DNA of 64,000 nucleotides, taken from assembly GCF_009914755.1 (NCBI RefSeq), contig NC_060927.1; one strand, given 5' to 3'. Below are positions 16,040 through 32,739 of the stretch, one piece after another (positions within the stretch are counted from its first letter, which is position 1; each line of letters begins with the position of its first letter). Source of the DNA: the human T2T-CHM13v2.0 reference genome, Homo sapiens. Both the position numbers and the translations under genes were made by a program. A model generated the notes under the pieces. That model searched no databases, was not told the origin of the DNA, and saw only the letters and a program-made list of their open reading frames with translations.

Positions 16040-16501
16040 CCATTTTTTGAGAAAAATAAATGACTTAGAAAAAAACACTCGCTATGGCAACGCTAAATGC
16101 TGAAAAGAATGGCTCTCATAAGGTTTATCCAAATGCAGAGAAGCCACCATTTGGCTCAACCCCAACCTCCACTTAAGAAATTCAAGGGTGAGGGTGACAA
16201 ATAGGTTAAGAAAGGTACAATGTCCATAAAGAACTGTGTGAAAGAAATGCAGTTCACCCCAGCTTTGCAACTGTTTTACATTTTTGCCAGGCCAGATCAA
16301 ATTCACAGAGATGGAAATGTGGGTCTCATAAATTTGCCACATTTCTCTCTACTCCCTAGCAGAAATGCTATTGCTGAAATGTGCTTCGCTGTGATCCCAA
16401 AAGCTGATTTAAATAACAGTCCCATGAACCTCTTGGAATTGTATACCTCACTTGAATTGTGTACCTCGCAAGGTCTCCCGTTCCATACGGGCTGCTGGTG
16501 A

Positions 16502-16846
<345 letters not shown>

Positions 16847-16899
16847 TGTTTCTACTTTTAATTTTCTTCTTTTACCTTCACCTTTATTATGCCATCTTG

Positions 16900-16903
<4 letters not shown>

Positions 16904-16972
<69 letters not shown>
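16904..16972. repeat. Compound (CA)n(GA)n microsatellite
   Basis: Seen directly. Confidence 0.95.
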
Positions 16973-17362
16973 AATGCTTTAAATAATTTCTAGTACAAGG
17001 CAGAGAATAAATTATTAATGAAACCAATTATCTGGTTAAGTAAAAAACACCTTTGTAGGATAGGAAAGGACAGAAGAAATGGGGACTGCAAGTCGCAGGC
17101 TGAAGCAGAGCTCTCCAATCCATTTTCTTCTCTATGACTATTCCATGAAGCATGGTATTTGGGCACATAAGACTTGAACAATTCTGACAACATTCCTACA
17201 TTTCATCTGTGTGAAAAAAGGGCAAATAGTGTTGTTTAATGATGTAGATTTTGACCTGTTAACTGTCCAAATGAAACGGCTGTTTGGATTCAATTCAACT
17301 AAGTGGAGGTCAGCCAACTAAATGGAGAAGGTATCACTATAAAGTTGGTGGTAGAAGGAAGA

Positions 17363-17812
17363 TACTATGGGTTGAACTGTGTCCCTGACAAAGATGTGTT
17401 GATGTCCTAAGCCCTGGAAGCTGTGAATGTCACCTGTTTTGGAAACAGGGTCTTTGCAGATGTAATCAAGATTAGGTCACACCGGATTAGGGAAGGACCT
17501 CAGTCCACCAACTGGTGTCCTTATAAAAAACACAATGTAAAGACACAGGGACACAGAGAATGCCATGTGAAGACAGAGGCAGAGATTGGTGTGATGTGTT
17601 CATATGCCAGGGGATGTCTAGGGTTGCCAGCACTGCTGAAGCCAGCAGAGAGGCACGGAACAGATTCTCCTGCAGAGTTCACAGGAGGAACCAACCCAAA
17701 TGACACCTTGATTTTGGAATTCTAGCCTCTAGGAATGCAAGGAATAAAGGTCTGTGGTTTTAAGCCACCCAGTCTGTGGTAATTTGTTACAGCAGCCTTA
17801 GGAAATGAATAT
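17363..17812 (+). mobile_element. MLT1B-like solo LTR
   Basis: TATGGGTTGAACTGTGTCCC...GGAAACAGGGTCTTTGCAGATGTAATCAAG...TTTAAGCCACCCAGTCTGTGGTAATTTGTTACAGCAGCC. Confidence 0.85.
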
Positions 17813-18112
17813 AGAAGAACATCAGTGATGAAGATCCTTACAGCAGAACAGAAATTAGAAAGCATTGCATAGTATGTTCCTGAGTTTACAAATGGAAAAA
17901 AAAAAAAGACACCACTAAAAATAGCAACAGCAAGGCACAGAAAAGTTTTCTTTGCGTAATAACATGAGGGGAATAGATTAGTTTGTTTCTAATTCCCCTC
18001 CAAGCCCAAAATGCTATGCTTTTACACTATGATCACAATGTACCCCTGTTACAAACCCTACCCAGTGCCCACATACCACACTAGGCAGAACCACTTACTT
18101 ACAAGTAGAAGA

Positions 18113-18230
18113 GGTGGAGTGCAGTGGCGCAATCACAGCTGATGGCAGCCTAGAACTCCTAGGCTCAAGCGATCCTCCCGCCTTGGCCTTCCAGAGTGCT
18201 AGATTATTTGCATGAGCCACGGTGCCCAGA
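18113..18230 (-). mobile_element. Alu monomer fragment (FLAM/FRAM-like)
   Basis: GGCTCAAGCGATCCTCCCGCCTTGGCC. Confidence 0.75.
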
Positions 18231-18514
18231 CTACTAAGGTTTGAAGTATTCAACGACTGCCTCAGGAAACATGGGATCTGAAAGCCAGACTTGACAACAG
18301 TTCTGACAAGTGGTCGTCTATAGAAAATCAAACTTGGGAAAGTGTATTTTATGCTTGCTTATACTCTCAAAAACTAAACCGAAGTGAAAAGCATCTGTCT
18401 ACCAGAATACCCTTAAATGACAGCCCCTAGACTATCTAAGGAGAATTTTAAAATACTTTTAATAAAGGCAATTGACTTCAATGGCTAATATTTAGTTTCT
18501 TTCTTTGATAAAGC

Positions 18515-18675
18515 CTTGCTTCTGAAAGCATAACCCTGGACCAGGAGCAGCAGCATCATCTTGGAACTTCTTAGAAATGCAGAATCTCAGCCCCCAACCC
18601 AGGTCTCTGAACAGGAGTCTTTTTAACAAGACTCCCAGGTAATACATATGCACCATGATGTTTGGAACACCCCAA
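18515..18675. mobile_element. MER5A (hAT-Charlie)
   Basis: CAGCAGCATCATCTTGGAACTTCTTAGAAATGCAGAATCTCAGCCCC...TTTTAACAAGACTCCCAGGT. Confidence 0.75.
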
Positions 18676-19313
18676 AGAGTTCTGACTATGTTGAAGTCAT
18701 CATTACCAGCTGACACTTTTCATTCACTCTCAATATTGTGGATTCTTGGATCTGATCAAACAGTGGGATGGGAATGGTGGGAGGTTCCCCCTGTTCCTGG
18801 GTCAACTGTTGTGGTGAGGCATTGCTGACTTCACACATTGTGTACAGGGCAGCCTGACTCTGTCCCATCCCTCTTACACCCAGAGCATGAGGATGAATCT
18901 CCACCTTGCATTTACTCACCAATCTTGGCTTTAAGTAAAAAGATGCATGGGGCCCTACTCTAATGGTTCCATTGCTCAAGAGTTCTTTCCTTAGCCCCCC
19001 TTCTAGGTCAGACTGGTCCTGAGGCCCAGACTCAGAAACATTTTATCTCAAAACCCTGACTCTGCAAAGCTGGGCTTTCTGCCCATTAGCTGCCTTCTTG
19101 TACAAGATCTTCAACTTTCACAGGGACCTTGCCTGAAGTTACGGTCCACATGCCTGCCCCTGAACCCATTTCTGTCCATTCAGATGCCACCACTTGCCTG
19201 TCTCCTCAGACCTCTACCTGTTACTTCCTTCTATGGCACTAGCCTCCCAAGAGTAGCTCTACCTCCAGACTGCACTGAAACAGTGCATCAGGGCTGCATT
19301 TTTCACTGATTCA

Positions 19314-19416
19314 TTTTTTTTTTTTTTTAAAGACAGTTTCCTTCTGTCGCCCAGGCTGGAATGCAGTGGCACGATCTCAGCACACTGCAACCTCTGCCTC
19401 CCAGATTCACATGACA

Positions 19417-19456
<40 letters not shown>

Positions 19457-19735
19457 GAGACAGTCTCACTCTGTCACCCAGGCTGGCGTGCAGTGGTGCA
19501 ATCTCGGCTCACTGCAACCTCCGCCTCCCAGATTCAAGCAGTTCTTGTGCCCCAGCCTCCTGAGTGGCTGGGATTACAGGCACGTGCCACTACACCCAGC
19601 TAATTTTTGTATTTTAGTAGAGACGGGGTTTCGCCATGTTGGCCAGGTTGGTCTCGAACTCCTGACCTCAGGTGATCTGCCTGCCTTGGCCTCCCAAAGT
19701 TCTAGGATTACAGGCATGAGCCACTGTGCCTGGCC
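19314..19735 (-). mobile_element. Truncated Alu right arm, then (TA)n, then a full Alu
   Basis: Partial arm 19314-19410, (TA)n ~19416-19439, dimeric Alu 19440-19735. Confidence 0.9.
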
Positions 19736-20754
19736 AAATAAATACTTGAAAGTACTATGTGTTCAAGCCCCGAACAAAACAGACCAATTCCTGTGCTCAT
19801 GGAGCTTATATTCTTGTGTAAGAAAAGATAATAAATACTAAAATAATAACAGATCATAAAAAGTAAGTAAAATATAGTGTGCTAGATGATATAAGTGCCA
19901 TGAAAAAACAACACAGAACTCAAAAGGTAGCCAGGGTGCACTTGGGCCAGGGGGTGTTCAATTTTTTGTGAGTATTTAGGGAAGGCCTCACTGAAAGGTG
20001 ACCTTGGGGACCCTATACATCACTGAACAGCCTAAACTGTGGGACCTAGCTTATTCCTGTTTTCAGCTATTCCACCTCTTCTCAGCTTGAACCTCCAGTC
20101 TATCAAGCTTAGTGTAAGACACTCACAACAATCCCCTGCTCCCAGTTCTACAAGCCATCTGGATGCCGATTCTGACATAGCTAATTGCTAGTCTCCAGAT
20201 CATGTATCCATCTCTAAACCATAGTTCTTGTACCATCCATCCACCTCTGTGGGCCAACCTGCACCTCCAAACCCTCATCTGCTGCCCAAGTTCATACTAC
20301 ACCACTGCTGCCTGAGCCCGACCCTGAACCTAAGCTGTCCCATGTACACAGAAAATGACCACAGGTCATCTTGTTCTTGAAAAGTAAGACATAGAGGTTT
20401 AATAAAAGAGAAGGAAAATTCTGTCCAAGTCAGAATTTTATGTAAACAAGATAAAACTATTTGAGGGCTCAGGAATGTGTCATTCTACAACTTACCTCTT
20501 CTAAGAAACTCACTGGAGAAGGTATCACAGGAAGGGCTCATGCCTCAGACACCAGGCAAACAAGGAGGAAAGATTTCAGCACATCCAAGCCCCTGGTGCA
20601 GGTCTGCCGGTGAAGGGAGGGGGGAACTGAAAGCACAGGCCTCTTTTAAGGACTTCATGAGCCATTTTATTGAAGTCTAATCAATCCCCAGCTGGAGGAA
20701 ACCTGCTAGATAACTGAGTCCAGGTTGTCCAGCGGGCTTCACATAATGATGGAA

Positions 20755-20912
20755 ACGTGCTGTCCAATATGGGCCACTAACCCCATGTGGCTGTCGGGCA
20801 TTCAGAATGTCAGCTTGACTGAAGAACTATACCTTAAATTGTATTTAATTTGAACTAATTTAAATGAAAATAGCCACATGTGGCAATGAATACCAAATCA
20901 GACCACACAGAT
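20755..20912. mobile_element. MER3-like hAT element
   Basis: GTGCTGTCCAATA...GCCACTAACCCCATGTGGCT...AATAGCCACATGTGGC. Confidence 0.65.
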
Positions 20913-22969
20913 CTAATCTAAAGCCCTAATTTGTTTGACAAAGATGAAGCCTAGAGACTTTAGCGGCATAGGTACACCACAGGGCTAGCCACAAACCCAA
21001 GCACTAATCCTCCACACGGCCATCAGACTTGAGGGCTTCCAAATTGCTTTCATATGTACGAACCCATCTGATCCTTTCATCAGAAACATAAGCAGGTTGA
21101 ATTCTCCATATTCCACCAATGTTCAGAAGCAAAAACCTGCCCCATGCCAGAGGGTTCATCCCTGATTAGCCAGAGCTCCTCATGTGCAGACCCACTATGC
21201 ACTATGCTGTGCTGGCTCACGCTCTGAAGCAGGGACACCATCTGGGTAACTAAAGAGTTGATTACCGACATACAAGTTGAACAAGATGCTGGAAGATGAC
21301 ATTTGCCAGCAGAACCACTGGAGAATCTGTCCTATATCACTGGGCCCAGTCCTTGACAAAACGTTTATGCAAATTAAGTCTCCTAGAATAGTTTTACGAG
21401 GTAGGGAGCTACAATTAATCTCATATATTCTATTATAGTGATCACAACCCTCAACAATTAGGACTCAACTAATTTGCTGGATACCTTTTTAAAATCCTAC
21501 GTTCACTCTGTCCTCAAGACTTACTGGCAAAAACTCTTCTATAATTAGAACTGAAGAGTTGCCAACATGTCCCAATCAGACCCAAATTACTATCTACAAA
21601 AATTACTGATTACTAAAAATAAGAATGAAAAAGGGTCTCTGAGATACTACTTTACTAAATATAGGAATACACAGTACAACTTAATCCTCCATGGTTAGGT
21701 GGTTGCCAGAACCAAACCTGTTGGCTGCCTAGCATTTCATGTTCCTACAAGAACTGGATGCAAAAGCCTAATTATGGTTTGATTCAAACGATGCTATCAA
21801 AATGCTTCCTGCGTGGGGCGGGAGATATAAGTGCTTTGCTCCTTTCATTCCTTGTCAGGGAGTCTGGGTGGTTTTTTTTCTTGCAGCCACTTCATTCCAC
21901 TGAGACAAATCCAGCCCTAGAAGGAGCAGTTTACAAAAAAGCAGGGAATGCTGTCAGCAGGGAGCACAGAGCTTGGCTGTGATCACAGCTGCAGATCCCA
22001 CCTGCTTAAAAAGGCAGCAGCAATGATACAACTCTTCATTCCCTTGCTCAAAAACAGAAGAAATCAGCAGAGATAAGCCGACAGGGAAAACATTACACAA
22101 ATCGCTGACCCTGCTGCAGGCAGAGAAGAGCTGCCTCTGCTAGCTTTGATTTTCCAAAGCCTGAGCCTGAGGGAGAGGCAGTTTGACTTTCTTCTTTCCT
22201 AGTGCTCCCGATGGCAAGGCACATTCAGATGGAGCCTGAGGAATACCAAGTGCAGAAGAAAGGGAAATAAATAAATAAACAAAACAAGAACACAGGCTAA
22301 ACCGCGGAGAAGAGCTGCCATCAGCATCTAGGAAGAAAGATCATATCCCTAGTCGAAAGCAACTCGGTTTTACAGGTTTTTACTAAAACACACAGAGCGC
22401 AGAGCTGTGGCTGTGATCTTTGTGATTCTGTTGTCCTGCTGAGTGAGGCAAATAAGTATGTGCCATAAGCCTTACTTATGCATTTTCTATTCCTATTGTT
22501 TAGTACGTGTCCAAAGAAGAAAACAACAACAGGGCTGCTATCCATGTCAGTGAGAGGAGTTGGAAACAGAGCACTGCATGGCCAGCAGTTTTTTCCTCGA
22601 CACAAACACAGATTGTTCTCTGCTTTATAAGCAGCCTATTTGCTGCTTAATGGTCATCCATAGTGTGCCTTTACAACAGCGTTCAACATGAGCCACCAGG
22701 TCAAATGCTGTGTGCCCCCAGTATGTTTTTCCCTAAGCATTCTAGAACCCCGCTGCAGCTTCCAAAATTGATTGCACTATAATACGGTCACTGCTGCCAT
22801 CCAGGTGCCACATTTATTGAGTGGCCAGTATTTGCTGGGCATTTTGCTAGGACCCAGCTATACAGCAGTGCACAAGAAAAACATGGCTCCTGCTTGAATG
22901 GGACCTGCAGTTTGGCAGGAAAAAAGTGCAGGTCCTTTGATCAAGTAACAGAGCCCTTATACATTAGGC

Positions 22970-23278
22970 CAAGGCCACAAACTGCTGCCCCTAGAAGCCA
23001 AACAGATGGAGTCTAGCAGGCAGGTGGGGGTCTGTGGCAGAATGGAGAGCACTTGTCCCACATAATGGAGACAGCTGGCCCCAGCTCTAGCCAATTGTTA
23101 CCATGTGGGGATGTGGGCCCAGCAACTGCCAGAACTTCCGTTATTTCAAGAGCAGCTATAAATCCAGACTTTTACACAAAATCTTCCAATTTTTAAGTGT
23201 TGACAACCAATTTAAAGTCTTTAAAAACTCACTGAGAGCCAAAAGTGACCCAAGGGTCACTAGCTTGCAACTTCTACG
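22970..23278 (+). mobile_element. MER102-like hAT element
   Basis: CAGCTCTAGCCAATTGTTACCATGTGGGGATGTGGGCCCAG...TTCAAGAGCAGC...TTTTTAAGTGTTGACAAC. Confidence 0.65.
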
Positions 23279-23739
23279 TCTGCAGACTTAGTTCCATCTC
23301 CCCAGTTCCCTAACATAGTCTGTATATCTCAATACGTACCTGCTACACTAATGTGACTGGTACCACTGCTTCCAGACCCAGAACAATTATTTTTACTTTG
23401 GGATTTGCCTCAAGTTGCATCCCTGCCTAGCACATCTTCCCCCTTTCTTTCTGTGCCTGGTCAGATCCCACCCATCTTTAGTTCCCTGTTCAAGACTTCT
23501 ACTCCACTAGGCCTTGCAGACCAGCCTGGCCTCCTCTTCTTTGAATCACTATGTCTCTTGCAACGGGGCCAGGGTTTGCTCAGCAGTCCTCTAATTCTGC
23601 CCTCTGCAAATCTTGTCTTGTCTCTACAACCAGTCTAAATGCTCCATAACAGAGACCACATGGGCTACTTCACCAAGAAAATGTCCTGTGTTTATCAGGG
23701 GTCATGTGTTCTGAAGTCGGCAAACAACTGACTGACCAC

Positions 23740-23966
23740 AGCAAGGAGGTTAAGAGCTCAGGCTCTGAAGTCACACAGCTCTGGGTTAACTTAATCTCTC
23801 TGAGCCTCAATTTCCCTAATTGTAACCTGGGGTGATAACAAAATGAGGACATAACCCAAATTCATATGGGGCTTGTGAGATCATCAAGAGAGATAATCTC
23901 TATAAAGCACTTAGCACAATGCCTGGTATGCAGTAAGCCCTTGATAAATGCTAGCTATTATTGTTA
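23740..23966 (+). mobile_element. MIR
   Basis: GGTTAAGAGCTCAGGCTCTG...TTAATCTCTCTGAGCCTCAATTTCC...AAAGCACTTAGCACAATGCCTGG. Confidence 0.75.
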
Positions 23967-25179
23967 TGGACTGATTGCCTGATTCAGCCAATGCTATTGT
24001 TAAACAAGCAGTGCATCAATGGAGCTTTGTTCTTAGCAAATATTATTGACCACTTACTCTGTGTTAACATGTTCTAAACAAATTGCATGTGTTAGCTCAT
24101 CTAATTTTCCTAATTCTCCCCCATTTTATGGATAGCAGAAGCACAGAGAGTTTAAATGGCTTGTCCAAGGCCATACAGACAGAGAAGAGATCTGAAGCTG
24201 CCAGCTGGCTCCAGAGCCCATACTCTTAACCATAATACTCTATGGCCTCACTACATTTCTAATGACAGGGGACAGCTTTCTGACCTCAGCCTTCCCAAAT
24301 CAGAAACAGGATTTGGCTTTGTGGACCATGGCTTAAGATGACAGAATGATCAGGGCCTGGTTTGAGCCAGACTACATCTCAGAAGTTCCAGGAAGGAGTT
24401 TGCTTTTGCCAGTTTCACCAAGGGCTGTCAGTTTGTTCAATAAACTAAGAATGATAAGGAAAGAAGAAAAATGCCCAGAAAGTACAAGATGATATCTAGT
24501 ATTATAGAAGGCAAAAACTGTGATATAGATGAATACTAAAGACAAAGGTGTTCTGCTAATCACAGAATAAAAGAAGAGGGAATCAGAACAATACACCTAG
24601 CCTCGAATATCCACATAGAAGACAGGAAAGAGGCAAATGTGTCTTCCTTAACTTTTGAAAAGAAGGAGGAAAGTGATGAAACCATAGACCATGAACTCAA
24701 AATATGTGAACTGCATATAGGCAGATAAGAGACGAAGTAGGTGATCCCCAGAAGTTACTATGGATTCACAAACTGATGCCATCCCTTGGACTAGCCCGCA
24801 CCTGGGAACCCTGTGCAAAGATTGTGTCTGGATTTTAACAAAACATATAACAATCTCCTGTAGTCTCTTTATGGGCAAAATACAGAGTATGAGTGTATGA
24901 TTATACAGTTGTCTAGACTCATATTTGACCTTAGAGGTCAGACTGATTTCAACCTGAAGGAAGGTATCTAGTGGAAGAGTACAAAGTTCTGACCTCAGCC
25001 TTCCTCATTTTACATTCTACTCACTGTCTTAGGTGAAAACAGAGAATGCTCACTCTAATTCCTTAAGGCCAGAAGCCGTATCTAATTCTTCTTTAGTTCC
25101 ACAGCGCCTAACCTTGTGCTTGCTCCAAAAAATGACTGCTCATTAGATTTCAAGAGTCAAGTTTATAAACAGTGTTACA

Positions 25180-25960
25180 AAGGTGACAAAGATCAGGAAA
25201 TAACCTAGGTGACAGATTCCAGTTCCAAAAAGTTAGTAACAGGTGGATGGGATATGCCAAATCTAACAAGGTGAAACTAAACAGGGACAAATGCAAAGAT
25301 TGTGAACTAGCTAGCAAAGAAGAGGAATTATACTTAAAGACGAATATGAAGAATTTCAGCTAGTCATAAACTAAGAATATAGTGAGTTAAGGTTTCCAGT
25401 GATAAGCAGATGACTGACAAAGTAATATTCACAAAAACCAAAAGCAATTGCTTCTCTCTGGTCAAACCTGAAGCATTTTATTTAAACTGGAGGATACTTT
25501 AAAAGGGTCTGGACCAAAAAATAAAGGGAGGGGTTGAGGGACACTGACAAAGTAGTCTGCCCAAAAAGAGACCAAGATGGACAAAGGTTGGAAATTTGGA
25601 CCTATAAGAATAATTTAAGGCAGAAGAGGTTGATCGGGAAGACTGAGAAGGGATACAATAGTAATCCTCCAGATAGCTGAAGGCAGACATTTGAAAAGAG
25701 AACTTACTCTATATGGGTCCAGAATTGAAATTAACGTGAAGAAAGCAGATTTCAATCAGATTTAAAGGACAACTTTTAAGCCCTCTAGCCTGCTTAAGAG
25801 TAGGAGGGTTCTCATTTATAAGTGAATTTGCGGGTATCAGAGTCAGCCATGCCAAGACTAAGCAATCACACAGCAGCGACAGTGCAGGGGGAATTAATCC
25901 ACAAAATAAAGGCTTACGAAAGAGAAGAGTTTGCAAGACTTTTCAGTTCTGTGACTGGCT
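25180..25960 (+). mobile_element. CR1/L3 LINE 3' remnant
   Basis: AACAAGGTGAAACTAAACAGGGACAAATGCAAAG, GAAGACTGAGAAGGGATAC, GCAGATTTCAATCAGATTTAAAGGACAACTTT. Confidence 0.55.
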
Positions 25961-26149
25961 GCATTACAGATAGTCATCATCAAGAGGAGTGATGTCAGTG
26001 TTAACTTTAAGCCTTACAATGCAGAGATGATTTAGTTGGGTTCGTCAGAAAAAGCTTAAAGCAAAATGTAACAAATATGGTAGAGAAAATGGAATGTGCC
26101 AAAGCGAAAAAAAAAAAAAGCTCCAGTTTATGGCAAATTTGGGAAATAG

Positions 26150-27640
<1,491 letters not shown>

Positions 27641-28598
27641 GGAATCAAAGACAGAAACACATGACTTACAGAACCCAAACATGTCAACCTGCATAACGAC
27701 AAGACCAAAAACCCAAAAACATCTGAAGTCACAACTGGTTCCCAAATTACTGATTCATCACAGCTTTACATCATATGTTCAGAGCATATTTCTCACACAT
27801 ACAAAATGTAAGATTTTTGTAGTTAGGTTTGAATTTACTGGAAGCCAGTCATCAAAGGTTTATTGAAGAGATGTTCACAAAAATTAAATCCTCCGAGGAC
27901 AAGAAGATATTCCAGGCCAATACTAATCAAAAGAAAGCTGGGATAGCCATATTACTATCAGACAAAATAGATGGTAAGGCAAAAAGCATTATTAGTGATA
28001 CATTTTAACCTACCAAGAAGATATAACAATTATAAACTAATAACACCAAATAACATGCCTCAAAATATAAAGTAAAAACTGACAGGTCTACAGGAAGAAA
28101 CTGACAAGACTGACAACATAGGAGATTTTCACACACCTCTTTCAATTCAAAACGGACAGATTAAATAGACAAAATATATCAGTAAAGATACAAAAAACAA
28201 ACAGCCCAACCAACAAGTTTCATCCAATGCACAGACATGCAACACAGCAGCTAACAATTCGAAGATCAACATTACTTTTAAGAATAAAACCAAAAGTGTA
28301 TGAAAACTGACACCATTCTAGACATAAAATTAATCTCAACAAATTTCTAAACAATGATATAATTCTCTGGCAGAAATGCAATTAAGTTAGAAATCAACAA
28401 CAAAAACTTTTCTATAAAAATCCATATGCTTGGAAAGGAGAAAAATATTTCCAAAATTTCATGAGTAAAATCAGAAAATATGTGGAATGAAACAGTAATG
28501 AAAATTCAGTACATTTCCAAACCTGTGAGAAGAATATAAAGCATATATTTGAAAATTTAGTTTTACATGAAGAAAGAGTCAATGTTAGCAAGTTACTA

Positions 28599-29038
<440 letters not shown>

Positions 29039-30100
29039 CTAATCAAATATACCCTCTTACAAAAATAATTTAAAAACAAAAAAACAAAGAGAGAGACAGC
29101 ATGATTATCAGAAATGTAAAAGACAACAATTACAGATGCTGTGGATAAAACAGATAAGAGCAAATAAAAACAACTCTATGCCAGAAAGTTTGAAAATTTA
29201 GAAGAAATGGACAAAGTTTTAGAAAAATAAAACCTATCAAAACTGACTCAGAGAAATAAAGAACCGGAATAGTCCTATAACAATTAGAAAATCTGAATAA
29301 ATAGTTAAGAATTTTCCCATAAAGAAAGAAAGACACAATGGCTTTTTTTTTTTTTTTTTTGGTGAATGCTACTGAAGGTTCAAGGAATGTATCATTTCAA
29401 TATTACGTGCACTGTTTCAGAGAACAGAAAAGGCAATGTTAAGTCATTTTATCAGGAAAGGACAGTACAATAATGGGAAATTATAGGCCAATTTCTCTTC
29501 CCATACATACCCTCTTCCTGATTGTAGGCACCCACAGAGTTTGCAAGCCAAATCCAGCATCATGTTTAAATAATACATCATAATCAAGATAGGTTTATCC
29601 CAGGAATGCAAGGCCGAATTTGTTCGAAATTTTACACATGCCATTCATTACATTAACAAATTAAAGGAAAAAATTTTTAAGATCATCCCAAGGATGAGGA
29701 AAAAATGCAATAAAATTCAAAACTATTTAGAATAAAAAACTCCATGCAAAATAAGAATAACATGAATCTTTCTTGATAAAGCCTATCTACAAAAGCAAAT
29801 ATCATATTTAATGATAAAATGTTGAAAGCATTTTCTTAAAGATAAAGAATAAGATAAATATATTACCACCATATCTATTCGGGATTGTACTGAAGGGCCT
29901 AGGCCAGTGCAATAAAATGAAAAAGAAAAAGAAATGAAGAATATAAAGACTGAAAAGGAAGAAACCAAACTGTCATTACTTGCATTACTACTGCCTATAT
30001 AGAAAACTGGACAGAAATGATACATAAGAGTTAATAGTAGAGTCTGACAACGTAGCTGGATATGAAATCAATTTTTAAAAGTGAATTACATTTCTATACA

Positions 30101-30436
30101 CATTAATGTGCCACATAACAACGTTGTGGTCAATGATGAACTACATATGGTGGTCCCATAAGAGTATAATACTCTGATTTTACTGTACCTTTTCCATATT
30201 TAGATATGTTGAGATATACAAATACCACTGTGTTACAACTGTCTACAGTATTCAGGATGGTCACATGCTGTACAGGTTTGTAGCCTAGAAGCAATAGGCT
30301 ACACCATAGAGCCTAGGTGTGTAGTAGGCTATGCCATCTAGGTTTGTGTAAGTGCAATCTATGATGCTCACACAACAAAACTGCCTAATGATACACTTCT
30401 TAGAACGTATCCCTATCATTAAGCAATGCATGACTG
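30101..30436 (+). mobile_element. Tigger3a (MER7-type) DNA transposon
   Basis: GGTGGTCCCATAAGA...TGCTGTACAGGTTTGTAGCCTAG...GCATGACTG|TA matches the recalled Tigger3a consensus. Confidence 0.85.
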
Positions 30437-32051
30437 TACTTTAAACAGGCAGTTTGTAAGTAATTTTTTTAAAAAAGTATTTACATCAGCAATAAATCGA
30501 ACAAAAAAATGAGTAAACCTTTAATGGAAAAAAATTATAAAATTTTATTGAAAGACATTAAAGAAAACTTAAGAGAGTCATACCATATTATTGGAAAGAG
30601 ACACAAAATGTTTTAGTCTCTCCAAACTGATTAACAGATTCAAAGCAATTCCAATCAAAATGTTTTTCATGGAACTTGACAAGCTGATTCTAAGATATAA
30701 AGCTACAGTAATTAAGAAAGTATGGCACTCTCGCATGACAGACAAGTAAATCAGTGGGGCTGAACAGACAACCTAGAAACAGATCCACACATACATGTTA
30801 ACTTGATTTATAAGAGTGAGCACTGCAGGATGTATGAGGAAAGGATAGACTATTTAATAAATGAAGCCAGGATATGGTTATCCATATGGGAAAAAAGAAA
30901 CTGGATCCCCTATTGCATAACATACAAAAAATCTATTCCAGGTGGACTAAGGACTTAAATGCAAAATGCAAAAGAATAAAAAATTTAGAAGATACTATAG
31001 GAGAATATCTCTATAACATCCAAATCATAAAAACTTTCTTAAACGAGAACCAAAAGCACACCCATAAAGGAACACATTGAGAAATTCTACAGCATTGAGA
31101 TTAAAAACTTCTGTTTATGAAAACACTACAAGGAGACTGAAACATAAACTATAAACTGGAAGAAAATATTTGCAACATATTTAACCCATAAAGGACTAGT
31201 ATCCAGAATACTGGAAGGAATCCTATAAATCAAAAAGAAAGGAAGTCCTATTGAAAAACAGGGGATACAATAGACAGACATTTCATAGTAGAGGAAACAC
31301 CAATGGCTCATAAACACATGAAAAGATGCTCAGCTTCACTAGTAATTAGGAAAATGCAAATTAAAATTACAACAGAAACTATTTCATACCCCTTCAGATT
31401 GTCAAATCGTAAAATCTGAACCATGTAAGTGTTGGCATGAAGGTGGAATCAGGAAAATTATTATACATTGCTGGTTAAAGTATAAGTTGAAATAAACTGG
31501 TATGGCCACTTTGGAAAACAGTTTGACACTGCCCATTAAAGGCTAACATATCATTGTCCCTAATCCCAGAAATTCCATTCCTAGGTATAGGGCTTAACCA
31601 AAAAGTTGCACAAGTACACCATGAAACACGTATAGTGATATCTGCAGCAGCATTTTCTGAATAGCCCAAACTGGAAACCATTTATTAGTGGTTCCACAGA
31701 ATAACAGACAGACAAACAGCACTATATTCAGACAATGGGATAGTACACTGCAGGACAGAAAAGAACCATCTACAACTCTATGCATCATCATGGATAAATC
31801 TTTTTAAAATCAAAAGAAACAAGTAATAGAAGAACCATACATATAGCATGATTCCATTACATAAAGTCCAAAAGAAAGCAAAGCTAAAAACTAAACTTGA
31901 GATATATGCACAAATGGTAAAACTATATGGAAAAGTAAAGTAATGATTGACATAAAATTTAGAGTTGTGGTTACCAGAAGTTAATACAATTGGGAATGGT
32001 CCCATAGGGAATCTCTAGGAAATTGGTGATATTCTATTTCTTAAGATTGGA

Positions 32052-32366
32052 GGCCAGGCATGGTGGCTCACACCTATAATCGATCCACTTTGAGCACTTT
32101 TGAGAGGTTGAAATGGGAGGATCATTTGAGCCCAGTTGTTCAACCAGCCTGGGGTAACAAAGCAAGACTCTATCTCTACAAAAAATAAAAAATTAGCTGG
32201 GCATGCCTGTAGTCCTAACTACTCGGGAGGATGAGATGGCAGGATCACTTGAGCTCAGGAGTTTGAGGCTGCAGTGACCTATGATCATATCACTGCACTC
32301 CAGCCTGGGTGACAGAAACCCTGTCTCTTTAAAAAAAGAAAAGAAAAGAAAAGAAAAGAAAAAAAA
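32052..32366 (+). mobile_element. AluJ with (GAAAA)n tail
   Basis: J-type dimer. Confidence 0.9.
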
Positions 32367-32739
32367 GAAATCAGTGGTAGTTACATGAATATTCAGTTCA
32401 TTACTATTCTTTCATTTGTGTAATTGTATACACTTAATTTGCATAATTTGTATACACTTCAAATATTATTGTATTTTATATTTCATAAGAAAACATTTTA
32501 AGAAAATAACTAAACTCTACAAACATTCAAAAAACACATACAAACGGCAAACCTCCATAGATAACTGAACCCAGTAGTTCATTAAATAATAAAGGCAACA
32601 ATAACAGAGGCAAATAAAGAAAACTGGCCATTATCCAGAATTATGATTAAAGTACAGATCACCACAAAAGAGTTTAAGTTCTGTATAGAAAAGATTCCTC
32701 TAACAAAAGCCAAAACCCTGAGATTCCTTTTCCAAAATT

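Noticed and set aside
22792-22810. CTCF-like motif
   Set aside because: Several mismatches in the core, so not supportable without ChIP data.
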